64,000 nucleotides of DNA, from assembly GCA_051942245.1 (NCBI GenBank), contig JAVECL010000029.1:1-64000 (forward strand), read 5' to 3'. A program made the translations under genes and the position numbers. Position 1 is the stretch's first letter. Each line of letters starts with the position of its first letter. Of the stretch, positions 37,044 through 51,907 are shown piece after piece. The notes under the pieces are model-generated. The model made no database searches. It was given only the letters and a program-made list of their open reading frames with translations, and was not told the DNA's origin. This DNA comes from Trypethelium eluteriae. Taxonomy: Eukaryota.

Positions 37044-37465
37044 TTATGTATCCGCCGAAATGTACATGACTGTTACGCATGCAGGTCAGCTAAATATGCT
37101 CAAGCCGCAACCACTGACTGCTGTAACTAAAGTGAACTCGAAATGGGAATGTTACCATTGTTTCCCCGCACAAATGCATCCCCATAATTTCTCCGCAATT
37201 TTCCGTCGACATATTCTTTAGTATCTTCCAGCGCAATGTTCATATAGCCATCCACAGACTGGAGCTCCCCTGGAAATACCATCAGTAGCTAGTCCTAGAG
37301 AGTGACTCCTCCAAGCCGTATTCCTGGTCGATTGAACGCTAAGAGCGTGGATGGCTATTTACCTTTGTAGACAACGCCTGAGTTCAATTTGACAGTGACA
37401 GGTGCCCCTAGAATTTCAGAGAGAAATCCTGACGGATCTTTGGCATCGGCGGCGCCGTTCTCCAT
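37044..37465 (-). CDS. LSM6: U6 snRNA-associated Sm-like protein Lsm6
   Basis: Exons 37465-37363, 37269-37156, 37069-37044. DPSGFLSEILGAPVTVKLNSGVVYKGELQSVDGYMNIALE...YGDAFVRGNNVMYISA. Confidence 0.95.
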
Positions 37466-38391
37466 GGCTATAAATTCCCACGGTCGAGAACGTCTTGGTG
37501 CGCAACCTTTTATGTGAGCTTTGGTATGCAAACACGATTGATGACTCGACAGGCCAGTCCAAACGTCCGTAGTTTGCGGACCAAGTTTCAACCTCCGAAG
37601 TTCCAATCTGGCGGGGCTGGACAATTTATTGGCGGTGATGATGCCATGGAAGAGCCTTGTGGTGAGCAACAATGGTCACATGACCTTAGCGATTGCTTCC
37701 ACTAAAGAGGGTTTTCCTTTGCTCTTCGCCCCATTGCTACATCCAACTCGAGCACGGCTTTTCTCTACCAAAGTTCCTGTCATCTTTGCAGCGACTGTGA
37801 TTGCTCCGTCCTATGTAGATCCTCATGAGAGTCATGATCTCCACAAGCGAGAGGAAATAACCTTGGGCAAGCCATTATAATATTCTTGACTATTCATTCT
37901 ACCCGAATATTTTCTTGATCCTTTTTTGCTAGATGTAATTTCGCATATACTATGGGCTCTTATCTTCACGCGCCTCATCCCCTCACTCTTAGAAGAATTA
38001 TTCTGACGCTCCTTTCAAATTTATCTTTGGATCGCTCGGGTTACCCTAGAAGGGTTCAGAGAGAGGCGCTGTCGAAAGCGACTTATCGTACACGTTGTAG
38101 ACAGCGTCTTGCCACAGCAAACTTCCGCTGCATGCAATGCTGGGTGTACGGTGGCTCTGTATCAGCTTCTCCTCTAACTGTTATTGCCTCTGCTGGCACT
38201 CCCGCCCAGTCTAGGAACGCTTACTCTGAAATTCAAGCATGGGATATTGCGGGTAAGCCTGTCGCGTAGTCCGCGCCCCGAGACAGATGCTTTTAATAGA
38301 AACCATTTGCGCAGGGTGTAGCGTCAGGCAACCTTAATAGCAAGGCCGGTTTCCACTCATTATTATGTACAAATTGTGCTATCGTCGATTT

Positions 38392-39939
38392 TCATTCAAT
38401 AGCCATCATCTTTTCGCCTTCATTGATCCACTTCATCACCTTCATCGGCCCTTCCAGTGCCCAATCCCAATCCCGACTCACCATACCCCTCAAACCGTCA
38501 AAGTTGTACTTCGCAATGCCCCGCATCCACCACACGTCGTCCACAAGCTTCAACAGTGCATAATGATGCATCATCATTACGAGCGCCCTCTCGTCCCTTC
38601 CCTCGACTAGCTCGACGAATTCTGGGGGTGTCTTCCCGGGCATCGTGGAGCTGCGGATGCGGAGGAGATGCAGCGGCTCACCGGCATGCATAGCTTCAAG
38701 GGTAGATTCGAGGTGCGCAAGATAGGCGGTGAAGGTGTCGTGACTGGGATGTGTAGGTGATATTCCGTGGAGCAAGTACGAGAATGTTGGGCTGGATGGA
38801 GGTGCAATAGTTTGGAGAAGATCTTGCGACACCGTGATGTTGCTGCTAGAAAGTCTCGGATCCTGCTGCTCTGGTTCAAGAGGTGCTATTCGATTGGAAG
38901 ATCCCCGAGAAGGTAACTGCGACACGAGCTTGCGTTTGCTGCGCCGGTACTCAACCATAACGCGTGACCTAACAGTCCTCACGGCTTTGTGGTCGAGCGC
39001 AGGGCCATTTTGCTGGATGAAAAGGAGGTTTCGGTTTGGCTCGGTTGGAGTTTCCTTTGGTGCTTCTATAGCTAGGGAACGATTGGCATCATGGGAAGGA
39101 GATCGAGGACCTATGCTGGTCGAATATGTTGACCTTGATTCTAGATATCCCTTCAATGCACTGTCCTTGGTCCACTTGGCCGTTGCTCTAAGGAGCGCAG
39201 CGTTGCCCTTGGCTACACGAAAGTAGTCTATCGCTGGTGTGAAGTTCAGACTTTTGGAGAAAGTCCGAGTGAACTGGCTCGAGAGCATGCTGATCAGCAA
39301 TGATGCCATGACCAGTGGCTCAGCGTTGGTACGGCTAGGCTCTGCTAAATCCCTGCTAAGAGCTCGCAGAGACCTTCCATAGAAATGAGAGGCTCTGTTG
39401 AGCATGGACTCATCATCAGGTTTGAGATGATAGTAGTGCAGAGCAGCTGTTGCAATCATGGCAGACCGTAGATATCCATGCTCAGATGCGATCTGGGGGA
39501 TGGCATACGTCCAAAGGTTCAAGGCTGCAGGCTCGGGGCAAAGCGGAAGGGTTCTACAAGTGATGGCAGTGAAATGATGGAATAACTGGTTTTCCTCCGT
39601 GGATATGGTGCCAACGATATGACCATGGAGCCTCAAGTTCGGAGACAAGTTAGACTGAGCACGACTGTGTTGATAAGCTTCAAAATGCCTCCCATCCGGT
39701 CGACTTGACTTCTCCACGGAAATTTCCCGCGGGGCCCACTGGCAAGCGCCGGCATGTTGGAAATATCTATTGCAATTGCCACAGGTCGGGCGAGTCTCGT
39801 CACACTATCGCACGGATTAGCCAGCCGCATATCAGTTACAGTGCATATGCGCCGCAGCAGGCTTGCATACTTTCACTTTCCTCAATTTACAGGTTAGGCA
39901 ACCTGCCCTCGATTTCTTCGAAGCTCGACCATCGACCAT
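38392..39939 (-). CDS. Zn(II)2Cys6 transcription factor of the Upc2-like (Fungal_trans_2) class, with an internal insertion
   Basis: Exons 39939-39871 and 39804-38392. KKSRAGCLTCKLRKVK/CDETRPTCGNC...C, then LFHHF, LWTYAIPQIASEHGYLRSAMIATAALH, and C-terminal FVELVEGRDERALVMMMHHY...WWMRG...WALEGP. Confidence 0.9.
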
Positions 39940-40640
39940 ACTTTCTCCCAGGCGCCTTCAAGGCTGACATTGTGGAGCAGGTCGGAGAAGGAGGAAAATG
40001 ACATATTCGGGTTCTGGAGTCTTCCCATCCGGGAATTTGCTGCTCGGAAACCGGAGTAGCAGGGATGGGCATGTTTCAGGGACTGATTGGCCAGTTGAAT
40101 GAACCTCGTCTCGTCTCGTCTCGACGCAAGAACCTCACCCCATTACATGATCGAGCAACATCGTTGACCGGTTGGCACCAGCTGAAAAGCTCAGCTTCGA
40201 CAGAGGTCTGCAAATTCGGCCTGCTTTCGATACTACCCATTCAGAGCATCTACCTCGATGCAAGTCGCTTTCGATCAGAATTCACGGCTCTACGTAACGA
40301 GCCACCCTACAGGACCCCCGTTAAAGCGTAACCCACTGCTTGATTGGCAGAGACTAGACCAGCACAGGTTAAAAATGTCAGCTCTTACAATTAGTAGTTC
40401 TTGCTCTTGGGGCGAATTCTGCAAACCCACCCATGACTTCGTAAGCCGTCTCAAACATCTCCATGTACCGGCGGGTCTTCTGCCCGAGTATCTTTAACCT
40501 GAATTGGCTTGGCAAGTAAATGGGTCCTCTGACAAAACAATCTACTAGCTTTTGATGCCTTGGTTTAAGATGCGCTTCCTCCGAATTTCATTTTTAACTC
40601 TCGGCTCACTTCAAAGTCTTGCATTTCTGAAGTTGTGATG

Positions 40641-42651
40641 ATGTATGGCGTCTTCGTGCTTTTCCATTTCCTCATCGCTTCCTCTGCCCAGTTCATCCAC
40701 CAGCAGGGAAAACTGCTCGGATCGTCCTTTGGAGTCCTAGCAATCAACGCAACCTTCGATTATGTGGTATGGGTATTTCCTCTTGTGATGTTCGATTGCA
40801 TCCTCCTGATTACTTCCCAAGGTCATTGGAGGCGGGACTGCTGGCCTCACGCTGGCCAATCGGCTCACACAAGACCCTTCGATTACCGTAGCTGTCATCG
40901 AAGCCGGCAGCTTCTATGAATTCGATAACGGAAATGTTAGTCAGATTCCTGCAGATGCACCTCGATATTCATCACCGATGGTCGTTGATGGCCAACCTGC
41001 CACACCGCAACCTCTTGTGGACTGGTCGCTTGTCACCCAGCCCCAACCCGGATTAGATGGCAGGCTCATTCACTACACTCAAGGTAAAACATTTGGCGGA
41101 GGTTCTTCTAGAAATTACATGGCATATCATAGAGGAACAGTCGGAACTTTTGACCAATGGGCTGATCTCCTTGGTGACTCAACCTATGCATGGAAGAACA
41201 TACTGCCCTATTTTGAGAAAAGCGTGCGCTTCACGCCTCCCAATCCGGATAAGCTGGGCTCGGAGACTGCTGCATTCATTGAGCATGATCCAGATGCTTT
41301 CAGCTCCTCTGGTGGGCCTCTCCAGGTTTCGTACTCGAGTTACTATCAGCCGCAGTCACCATTCGTTAAGAAAGCCTTTCAGCAACTTGGCATGGCGCCA
41401 ATTGATGGACTGAACAGTGGTAAATTGATGGGTTATGCGGACGCGACGCTCACGATTGACCCAAAGGATGGAACGCGCAGCTCCTCGCATACATCTTTTC
41501 TTGCGGAGGTTCTAAATAGCCCTCGCATCAACTTGCAAGTATATCACAACACGTTTGCGACGAAAATTCTCTTTGATAACGACAAAAAAGCTACCAATGT
41601 GAAAGTATCAACGGCAGGGAGTGAATACGTGCTCTCTGCGCGAAAAGAAGTCATACTTTCTGCAGGCGCTTTCAAGTCCCCTCAACTTCTAATGCTTTCC
41701 GGCATCGGTCCTGCTGCGACGCTTCACGAGTTTGGGATTCCCGTAATCTCTGACCTTCCCGGTGTCGGGCAGAATATGTGGGATCAGCCTCTTTTCGGTG
41801 TTGTGAGCAAAGTCAATGTCACCACAGGTACTGCTCTTCAGACGAAACCTAAGTACATGGATCGCGCTCTTCGAGAGTTCCTTAGAGATGGTTCTGGGCC
41901 ATTATCTAGTCCATACTACGATGCGCTTGGCTGGGAGAAGATTCCTGAACCATTGCGCTCAGAACTCTCAGACTTGTCTTTGACAACTCTCTCAAACTTT
42001 CCGGAGGATTGGCCAGAACTCGAATTTCTGCCAATGGCGGCTCAACTCGCTCCCATCTCTCCCGATGACCCCAATATGTATTCATCGATGTTCATTGTAA
42101 ATGTTGCTCCTCTGTCACGGGGCAATGTCACACTCGCGTCTGCCGATCCCTTCCAGAATCCCCTCGTCTCACCCAACTGGCTAGTAGACAAGACCGACCA
42201 AGAAGTCTGCATCGCAGGTATCAAGCGTGCGCGTCAGGCCCTTGCCGCAACGGGGATTACCGTCGGTGAAGAAGTGGCTCCGGGCCCAGATGTGCAAAGT
42301 AATGAAGAGGTACTTGCTTATTTGAGGCAGACTACGATTCCGATTCACCATGCGAGTGCAACGAATCGGATGGGAAAGGAAGGAGACAAGATGAGGGTGC
42401 TTAACAGTCAGGCAAAGGTTCTCGGAGTAAAAGGACTAAGAGTTGTAGACGCGAGCTCGTTCCCGAATAGTCCGCCGGGACACATTCAGAGTACTGTATA
42501 CATGCTTGCTGAGAAGATTGCGGACAATATCAAGGAGGAACGCAGAAATACGGAAAGCGAGTCGATGGGGTTTTACCAAGGCTCCAAGCAGGGTGTAAGC
42601 CGCGACAGCGGAGAGGTTATGGACCATTTCACACATCATGAAGAGCTCTGA
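40641..42651 (+). CDS. GMC oxidoreductase (AA3-like) with signal peptide and C-terminal HEEL
   Basis: Exons 40641-40766 and 40822-42651. FDYVVIGGGTAG (FAD-binding), GKTFGGGSSRN, EVILSAGAFKSPQLLMLSGIG, catalytic His pair PIHHAS and PPGHIQ, GLRVVDASSFP. Confidence 0.95.
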
Positions 42652-43091
42652 GCGCCGAGGATTTGAATAGCAGCGGAGACTGAGGGTCTGCAAAGATCGC
42701 CCACTGTTGTGCGGTTAGTGGAAGTCGAGATCAAAGTACGGCATGATTGTTGGTTTACCGAGCCGAGAGAAGAATATTAAGGAACAAAGTGGTATGGAGG
42801 ACTGGAAAGCGTATGCTTAGAAACGAGGGAGTTCCGAGAGCAATGCAGCGCGATCTTCAGACCAGGCACGTTTGACATCGAAAAGGACGCAGTGATTGTA
42901 TCTCAGTGAAACGAGGTTGAGCATACTCCGTTGAGGTGATTCAGAATTGTCTCCTCTTCCCATGGCCATACAAGGACAACACACCAATGATCCCTTCCTC
43001 ATTCTAATTGGGTAACGCTTGGGATGCATTTGCATGCAGCAGCGGTATCATAGTATTACTTTGGCATCATCCAAAATTTATAGGACGAATA

Positions 43092-43301
43092 TACCTACCT
43101 TAGGTACCTTAGGTTAGGTAGGTCAAACGTTTGGAGTCGGGCTTAGTGAGACGGCCACTACCTAACCTACCTAGTAAGGTACGGTACCTAACCTACGAAC
43201 TTCTTGGCCAATGACATCACAGGAAGCCCAGGGATTCGGTCCTTCTTGCGGCAACGTGACCATCACCATCTTTACGTCCCGCGCATTACCTACCTAAGGT
43301 A
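43092..43301. repeat. Dense cluster of TAGGTA/TACCTA motifs including a 12-bp inverted repeat
   Basis: Blocks at 43092-43123, 43159-43196, 43287-43301. TAGGTTAGGTAG (43110-43121) is the reverse complement of CTACCTAACCTA (43158-43169). Confidence 0.85.
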
Positions 43302-43496
43302 TCCATAAACGCCATCTCTCTTCTGGGACAGTTAACCTATTCTTTATCGTTCTTTTACTTGTGCCTGTGTTGGTCACTTAACGCGTCCATATCAGTATTG
43401 GCGATCCAGTAGCCTTTGAAAAGCTTTCTCACTTATTTAATCTCCTTTTTTGGCGAGACTCGGTTCTTTCATATCGTCTTTGCAAGATTAGCGTTT

Positions 43497-44471
43497 ATGG
43501 CACCTACCTTAATATTAATCCGTCATGCTCAAGCACTCCACAATGTGGACCGCGACTACTCTCTACACGATCCACCATTATCAAAGCTCGGCCATGAGCA
43601 GTGCCAGAGATTGCAAGAGCACCTCCGGACGCATCAGCCCTTAGCAGCTCAGATCGAGTATATTGTAGCGAGCCCGATGAGGCGGACTCTCCAAACGATG
43701 CAGGAGAGCCTCGAGTGGCTTATGCAGAAAGGAATCAAGGCTGAGACCGATGCCCGTTGGCAAGGTAAGCCATGGAAATTTCCTTAGGAACGGCTTCAAC
43801 AATGCCCCGCCCATTTTGGAGTTAAGAAGAAAAGAAAAAGCTAGGTAACATTTACGGGAAGTCTTTCCTATCTCTTTCCATAGAAGACGTCGGTCATGAA
43901 ACTCGGCCAGTCCCATCCCAAAGACCCAAATGGACCTACCGTACTAGTAGAAAATCTCGCGTCCGGTTACTGAAAACTTTGTACAGAAAATTCCGATAAG
44001 CCCTGCGATACCGGTAGCTCAGTATCAACAATGAAGCAGGAATTCGCCGAGCTCGCCTCATCTGGTTCTCTCGACACCATTGATCCGGACTATCCATCAA
44101 AAGATGGTCAATATGCCTTCACACAACCAGCCGTGATTGGGCGAGGCATGTCCGCCCTCGCAGACCTCCGCAAGCGACCGGAGAAAGTGATTGCGGTCGT
44201 GAGCCATTCTGGCTTTCTCCGAACCGCCATCGGTCAGGCACAATGGAACAACGCTGATTACCGCGTCTATGAATTCACCGGCTCGAACGAGTACGGGCTG
44301 GTCTTGAAGGAATGGAAAGAGACCGAGGAGAAGGGAGGGGGGTTGAGTATATCTGAGAAAGGGAAGGCGCCAATTGTGAAGGGGGATTTTCCGGAGGAGC
44401 GAGTAGAAAAGGTAAGAGAGTCTCTGGGGGAGCAGGCGCAAGGTGAGACGACAAAGGAACTGCCCAACTAG
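43497..44471 (+). CDS. Histidine phosphatase / phosphoglycerate mutase-family protein
   Basis: Exons 43497-43764 and 43987-44471. LIRHAQALHN, DPPLSKLG, ASPMRRTLQT, WQENSDKPCDTG, AVVSHSGFL. Confidence 0.92.
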
Positions 44472-46163
44472 AAGGGATGAAGAGAGAGCTATTGGTCCAC
44501 GCAACATAGAACCAACATATAAATGTAGGGTATGGTACGTTCTGATAGAGTGCATGCTAGACTTTTTCTCATTTTATACAATAATATACACGGAGGTTAT
44601 GCCGAAGCTGCTCTTTTCCGTCGCGTACGGTGTCTTTGACCCCCGGATCGCGATCCTCCTATTGCACTCCTCATCCTAGTATCCGATGTAACAGAGGGGA
44701 GAGGAATGGCTGCTGCAATAGAAGTTGTGGTGTTCAGACAGAAATATGTCCTAGCAAAAACGTCCGTATTCGGTAGGCAATTCGACTAATCATGAATCCA
44801 GACGATTTTGTTTTGGCCGTTACGTCGTACCTGAAGGGATTCTGTCCCTGAATCAAATACTTCGTTCAAGAAGAAGGAATTCTCTTTACAGGATATATAT
44901 ATATCTGACTAGAGAAGAAAAGAACGCGGGATTGTCGATAATGTTGGTTGCTAGCTGCGTCTGATAGGACTGTGCGAAGCACGTTATCCGTCTCTGAAGA
45001 TTAAGCCATCCTTCTCATGTTATGGGCTTTTCCTCGGATCAAAAGACGTCATTCTAGAAAATCATTTGGTGTGTCCGTAGAGTAGAACTCCAAATTTGGC
45101 CAATGCACTGACTCAAATGCCGCATTGCTGGCATATACTTGCTCTTGAGGATCAATAGACGCTTCAATATTGTGGTAAGACCTGCTGGACTTCGGCGATA
45201 CCCAGGCGGAAGACGGCGACAAAAATCACCGGGTTGGACATTGTCTGAGACACATGGACGATGACATGGGCAGAATACTCCGTACTGGAAGCAATATATT
45301 GCCCCTATTCACATAAGGACTGAACCTGGCAACGACGACGTAATCGTATCCAGATGTATCGAGCGCAGAGAAGGCCAGGAGACTTCTAGCCCTATTCTTA
45401 GCTGCAGGCGATCTAGCTGCGCCTCTCCGCCACCCCGGTCGCTCTCCAGGGACGGAGACGTTGACGCTGTACGCCACAGGCACTAAAAGGAAAGCAGCAG
45501 GGCGCTAGGCGAGGTGTTCAGCCGATGTAGGGAATCTGTTGCCGAGCAGATCGACTGGCCGCGTGCATGCAGCTGGGAACAGCATGCGTCGTATCGAGCT
45601 TACGGTGACGGGAGTGACGGTGGTGACGGTTCAGAAAAGGGGTTCATGGCGGTCTGAGATGGGCGAGCTGGTTGATATGTGGCTTGACGAATGGAGCTGA
45701 TAGGGGTCTCGGATGATTACAGGAGCTGGGCATGCAAGCAGGCTGGGCGAACGAGTCACCGAGTTGTTGCGATCGGAGAGGCTGAAACTCGTCAGTAGTG
45801 GTGGGAGGAGTGGAGTGGCCGAACGAAAGCTGTCCGCGCCTGCTTCGGGCATAGCGCTGCACAAGCTCAGGGCCCCATGGACCCCTTCGGTGCCTTCCCT
45901 TCATGTTAGCACCCAAGCTAATTAGTGCCTTCCCGGGCAACAAAAAGGTTTGCAACTGTGAGCTCATTCATAAAAGCTTCCACCACTTCCTCCTCGCTCC
46001 ATCCCCATTGACTCCCCACACTTCACCAACCGCTTTCATTGCAATTCCATCACTACCCGAAAGCGAGGTCCCTGGCAACGACAAGCTCACGATACCTTTG
46101 ACGACCTCCACGATTCCCGTATAGCAGCTCTACGCCTTTCATTGATCTCGACTTTCTTTCACA

Positions 46164-48626
<2,463 letters not shown>

Positions 48627-49201
48627 AGCTTGACGGATTGTCACTGCGTGTTGGATTACTTGGAAATAGAAAACAAAAGGGGAGGCTTCTGAGAGTCGGC
48701 CCTTTTTGCCGTGATTCCTCATCTCCCCCAGACGGGAGATTGTCCTTCGAGTACCCGACCTGTTTTAGTAATATGGTGATCAGCTGTTGTTGGCACTGGA
48801 ATGCGAGAACTGGGATAAGACATTGCCCATGCACTTAAATAGACCACTAAGCTATCAATGCAGGCGTTTTACTTATCACAGTCTGATCACATCTTAGTCC
48901 AGCCCTCTGCTCTCTACCCTATGACCCAATGCCGGCTACTTTGTCTTTGCTTTCCTGAATGACCGGAAGAGCATTTTCGCTCTTTGCTGGAAAGCCGTAC
49001 AGTATGCAAGATCGGTTTCAGCTTACCAGATCCATCTTTAGCCAGCCTAGGTTATCGCAATGGCTTTGTGCAGTTGCTCGCTTCCAGCCATGTACCTTGG
49101 AACCGACCCCATTCCAATTTTTCCAGTCTGCCAACTTCCATTCCAAACTTTGTCCATCTAGTCGCAGGAGATTCCACTATCACCCAGTCTCAGAACTTAA
49201 C

Positions 49202-49774
49202 TCACACCATATGGCTCGGGAGCAAAAAATTTGCAATCCCCTCCTTGACAGCATATTCGTGTCCGCACGCTCCACACACCAATTTTCCGTTCGCGATCGT
49301 TGTCTCGAGCAGCACACGGTGCAAGTCTTGCGCCGTTTGACTAGGCTTCTGCAACGCGTCTTCTTCTTCGCTTCCTCCCTCTCCTTCTGCTTCCCCTTCT
49401 TGCGATTCGGATTCCCGGCCAGGTAGTGAAGGTGGTTGAAGTAAGTCTTGTTGCACGGGCATGATGTCTGGGAGAGTAGGGAGGCCGAGCTATACATTGT
49501 CAGGAAACTTAGCCCATATGGATTGCGTTGCCAATCGAGTTGTTACTAAGATTATAGGAGCAATTAAGAGATTTTTGGATGAACGAACCTCCTGACATAC
49601 AGTTCTGAGCGCCTGCCACTCGACACGTGGTAGAATATTGACCAAGAATTTGGGATTAAGTTCCATCTCAACGATTTCGAGCTCAGCATCGCGCGGATGC
49701 AAGGGGAAGGCGGCGGGGAGAGTCTTGCAAGATTTGCGGGCGCAGGTGACGAAATTGAGAGTGAGGAGCTTCAT
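49202..49774 (-). CDS. TRM112: Methyltransferase activator Trm112
   Basis: Exons 49774-49589 and 49489-49202. MKLLTLNFVTCA...FPL, GKLVCGACGHEYAVKEGIANFLLP. Confidence 0.95.
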
Positions 49775-49950
49775 AGCCGCGATCTGACTTATGAGGAAAT
49801 ACTTGTTTTGCGTGTCTTCCTGTTCTGAACAAATTCTGGTTCGATACCCACCATAGTTTAGGGCGGTATCGCATCTTCTTGTAATCAGCCCCGCCAACGG
49901 ATTCTGGGGAACTTTTTCTGCCACAGGGACGTCAGGCGGTAAACACAGGG

Positions 49951-49976
49951 TACAGTACTATTTACGGAGTACTGTA
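49951..49976. repeat. Perfect 9-bp inverted repeat in the TRM112 / M20 divergent intergenic region
   Basis: TACAGTACT-atttacgg-AGTACTGTA; overlaps a TACGGAGTA motif at 49963-49971. Confidence 0.8.
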
Positions 49977-50544
49977 ATTGCGCTTCGTTACGGAGCGCTG
50001 GGAGGTTACCACGCTACGTCAACCTGGGTAAACATCAATTGGTTTTCCAAGTTGCTTAGGTAGCTTAGGTAGGTATATGCTTGCGACAAAATCATTTGGA
50101 CTCTCATAAGAAACATCAGTCTTTCAATCATGACAGAGGCACTACGGTATGAGCCGGCCTATTACATGGCGCATCCTCTCAGTTGAAACTATCCCTAACA
50201 CAGTATCATGTATACGCTGACGTCATTCCAATGTCTTCATCTTGATTACCCAAATGAAAATCTGGTGGCGATTGTGTCTGATCAGGCGTTTTGGCCATTT
50301 ATTCAATTGAATTTCAATACTTTCATATGACGCCGAAAGCGTTAGCTTGAAGTTGTGCTTGAAGTTGTGTTTGACATACAAGTTGGATGGTGCGATCGGT
50401 GGGAAAACTTCCACGTCAGGTAATTTATAGCAGGACTTGCGCCCCCGCAAACATTCTCCCATCAAACCTTCCTCCCCACAAGACGCACCAAGGTTGTTCT
50501 AGTCGCTCCATAAGAACAGGTTATCGAGCTCCGGGGAAAACATT

Positions 50545-51907
50545 ATGAGGCTTCTGTGGATTCCCGCACTTGCGATATGTCTGGATGCTGGCGCAATCAG
50601 CGCTCCCAATTACCTCCGGAACCAGCCTCCAGACTATGATCCCTCGGAAGCTTTCGTCGCCGATGACCAATCTCCCCTTAAACATGCCACTTCACACAGT
50701 GCCTTCAGTACTCAGACCCGTGAGCTGCTTGCCTTTCATCGTCTCTTGGTTGAAGCAGAATCGGTGACTGGAAATGAATTTGCTGTCGGCACGGCGCTGG
50801 CGACGTACTTGAGCTCTCCTCATCATGGAGTCAAGTATTCACTTGAGACGCAAAGGGTTGGAGAAAAGAGGTTCAATATTCTGGCCCATACTGGAGAAGA
50901 AAGAGATGCGGACGTGTTGGTGACGAGTCACATCGATACGGTACATATGCTCATTTTAGTCTACCTCATGAGAGCTAGTACTAGTCAAGCTGTTCAATAA
51001 CTAATTTCTATCCACTCAGGTCCCACCGTTCATCCCGTATTCCTTCCATCACAATCGCACTGACCCCCTTTCTTCCCTCATTGCTGGCCGCGGTACGGTC
51101 GACGCCAAAGCGAGCGTCGCCGCCCAAGTCTTCGCCGTCACCAATCTCCTCCGCCAAGTTTCCTCGTCCACCCCGTCGCTCTCTCTCCTCTTCGTTGTCG
51201 GCGAAGAAACTGGCGGCGACGGCATGCGCGCCGCCAACGCCCTCTCTCTGCATCCCTCCGCCATCATCTTCGGCGAACCCACCTCCGGCCTCCTCGCCTC
51301 TGGCCACAAAGGCAGACTCGCTTTTACCCTTCACGTCACGGGGAAGGCGGCGCACAGTGGGTATCCCTGGCTCGGAGTCTCTGCCAACGACGTCCTGCTC
51401 GAAGCGGTTGCAGTAATCAAACAGCTCGAGAGCGTGTTGCCGCGGAGCGAGAAATTTGGCAACACAACGATCAATGTTGGGAGGATGGCCGGAGGGGTGG
51501 CGGCGAACGTGGTTGCAGAACGGGCGAGCGCGCTATTTGCAGTGCGAATTGCCGAGGGCACGCCGCAGGAGCTCAGGAGCGCGGTGTTGGAGGCGATGGA
51601 GGCAGTCGCCGAGACGTATCCGGCGGCGGAAATCGAGGTGGACTTCAGCAGCAGGGGCTACGGACCAATTGATATCGATCATGATGTGGAGGGGTTTGAG
51701 AGCGGGGTTGTGAATTATGGGACAGATATACCGAACCTGGAGAAGACCAGTGAAGGGCAGAAGAGGTACTTGTACGGACCAGGGAGCATTTTAGTGGCGC
51801 ATGGGAGGGATGAGGGATTGACAGTAAGAGAGCTGGTCGGTGCCGTAGACAGTTACGAGAGATTGATATTGGAGGTGGGAAAGACGGCAAGGAAGGAAAG
51901 AGGTTGA
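50545..51907 (+). CDS. Secreted M20A-family metallopeptidase (probable carboxypeptidase / deacylase-like)
   Basis: Exons 50545-50940 and 51020-51907. Signal peptide; metal-ligand motifs SHIDTVPP, GRGTVDAK, VGEETGGDG, IFGEPT, GKAAHSGYP, AHGRDE. Confidence 0.92.

Noticed and set aside
37466..37672. In-frame upstream extensions of LSM6 (TTG), TRM112 (GTG) and the phosphatase (TTG)
   Set aside because: Near-cognate starts likely lie upstream of or near the TSS, with no biological rationale or sequence support beyond an open frame.
43765..43986. Long introns (222 nt in the phosphatase; 209 nt at 35900-36108) as snoRNA hosts or nested introns
   Set aside because: No RTGATGA/CTGA box pair near the ends. 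The internal TAG/GTAAC in the phosphatase intron lacks a convincing branch point.
45392..45401. Rlm1/MADS-like site CTATTCTTAG upstream of GFA1
   Set aside because: One mismatch to CTA(A/T)4TAG and a single copy; expected by chance.
50345..50374. 12-bp tandem duplication GCTTGAAGTTGT
   Set aside because: Two and a half copies, ordinary slippage; no spacers or flanking element.
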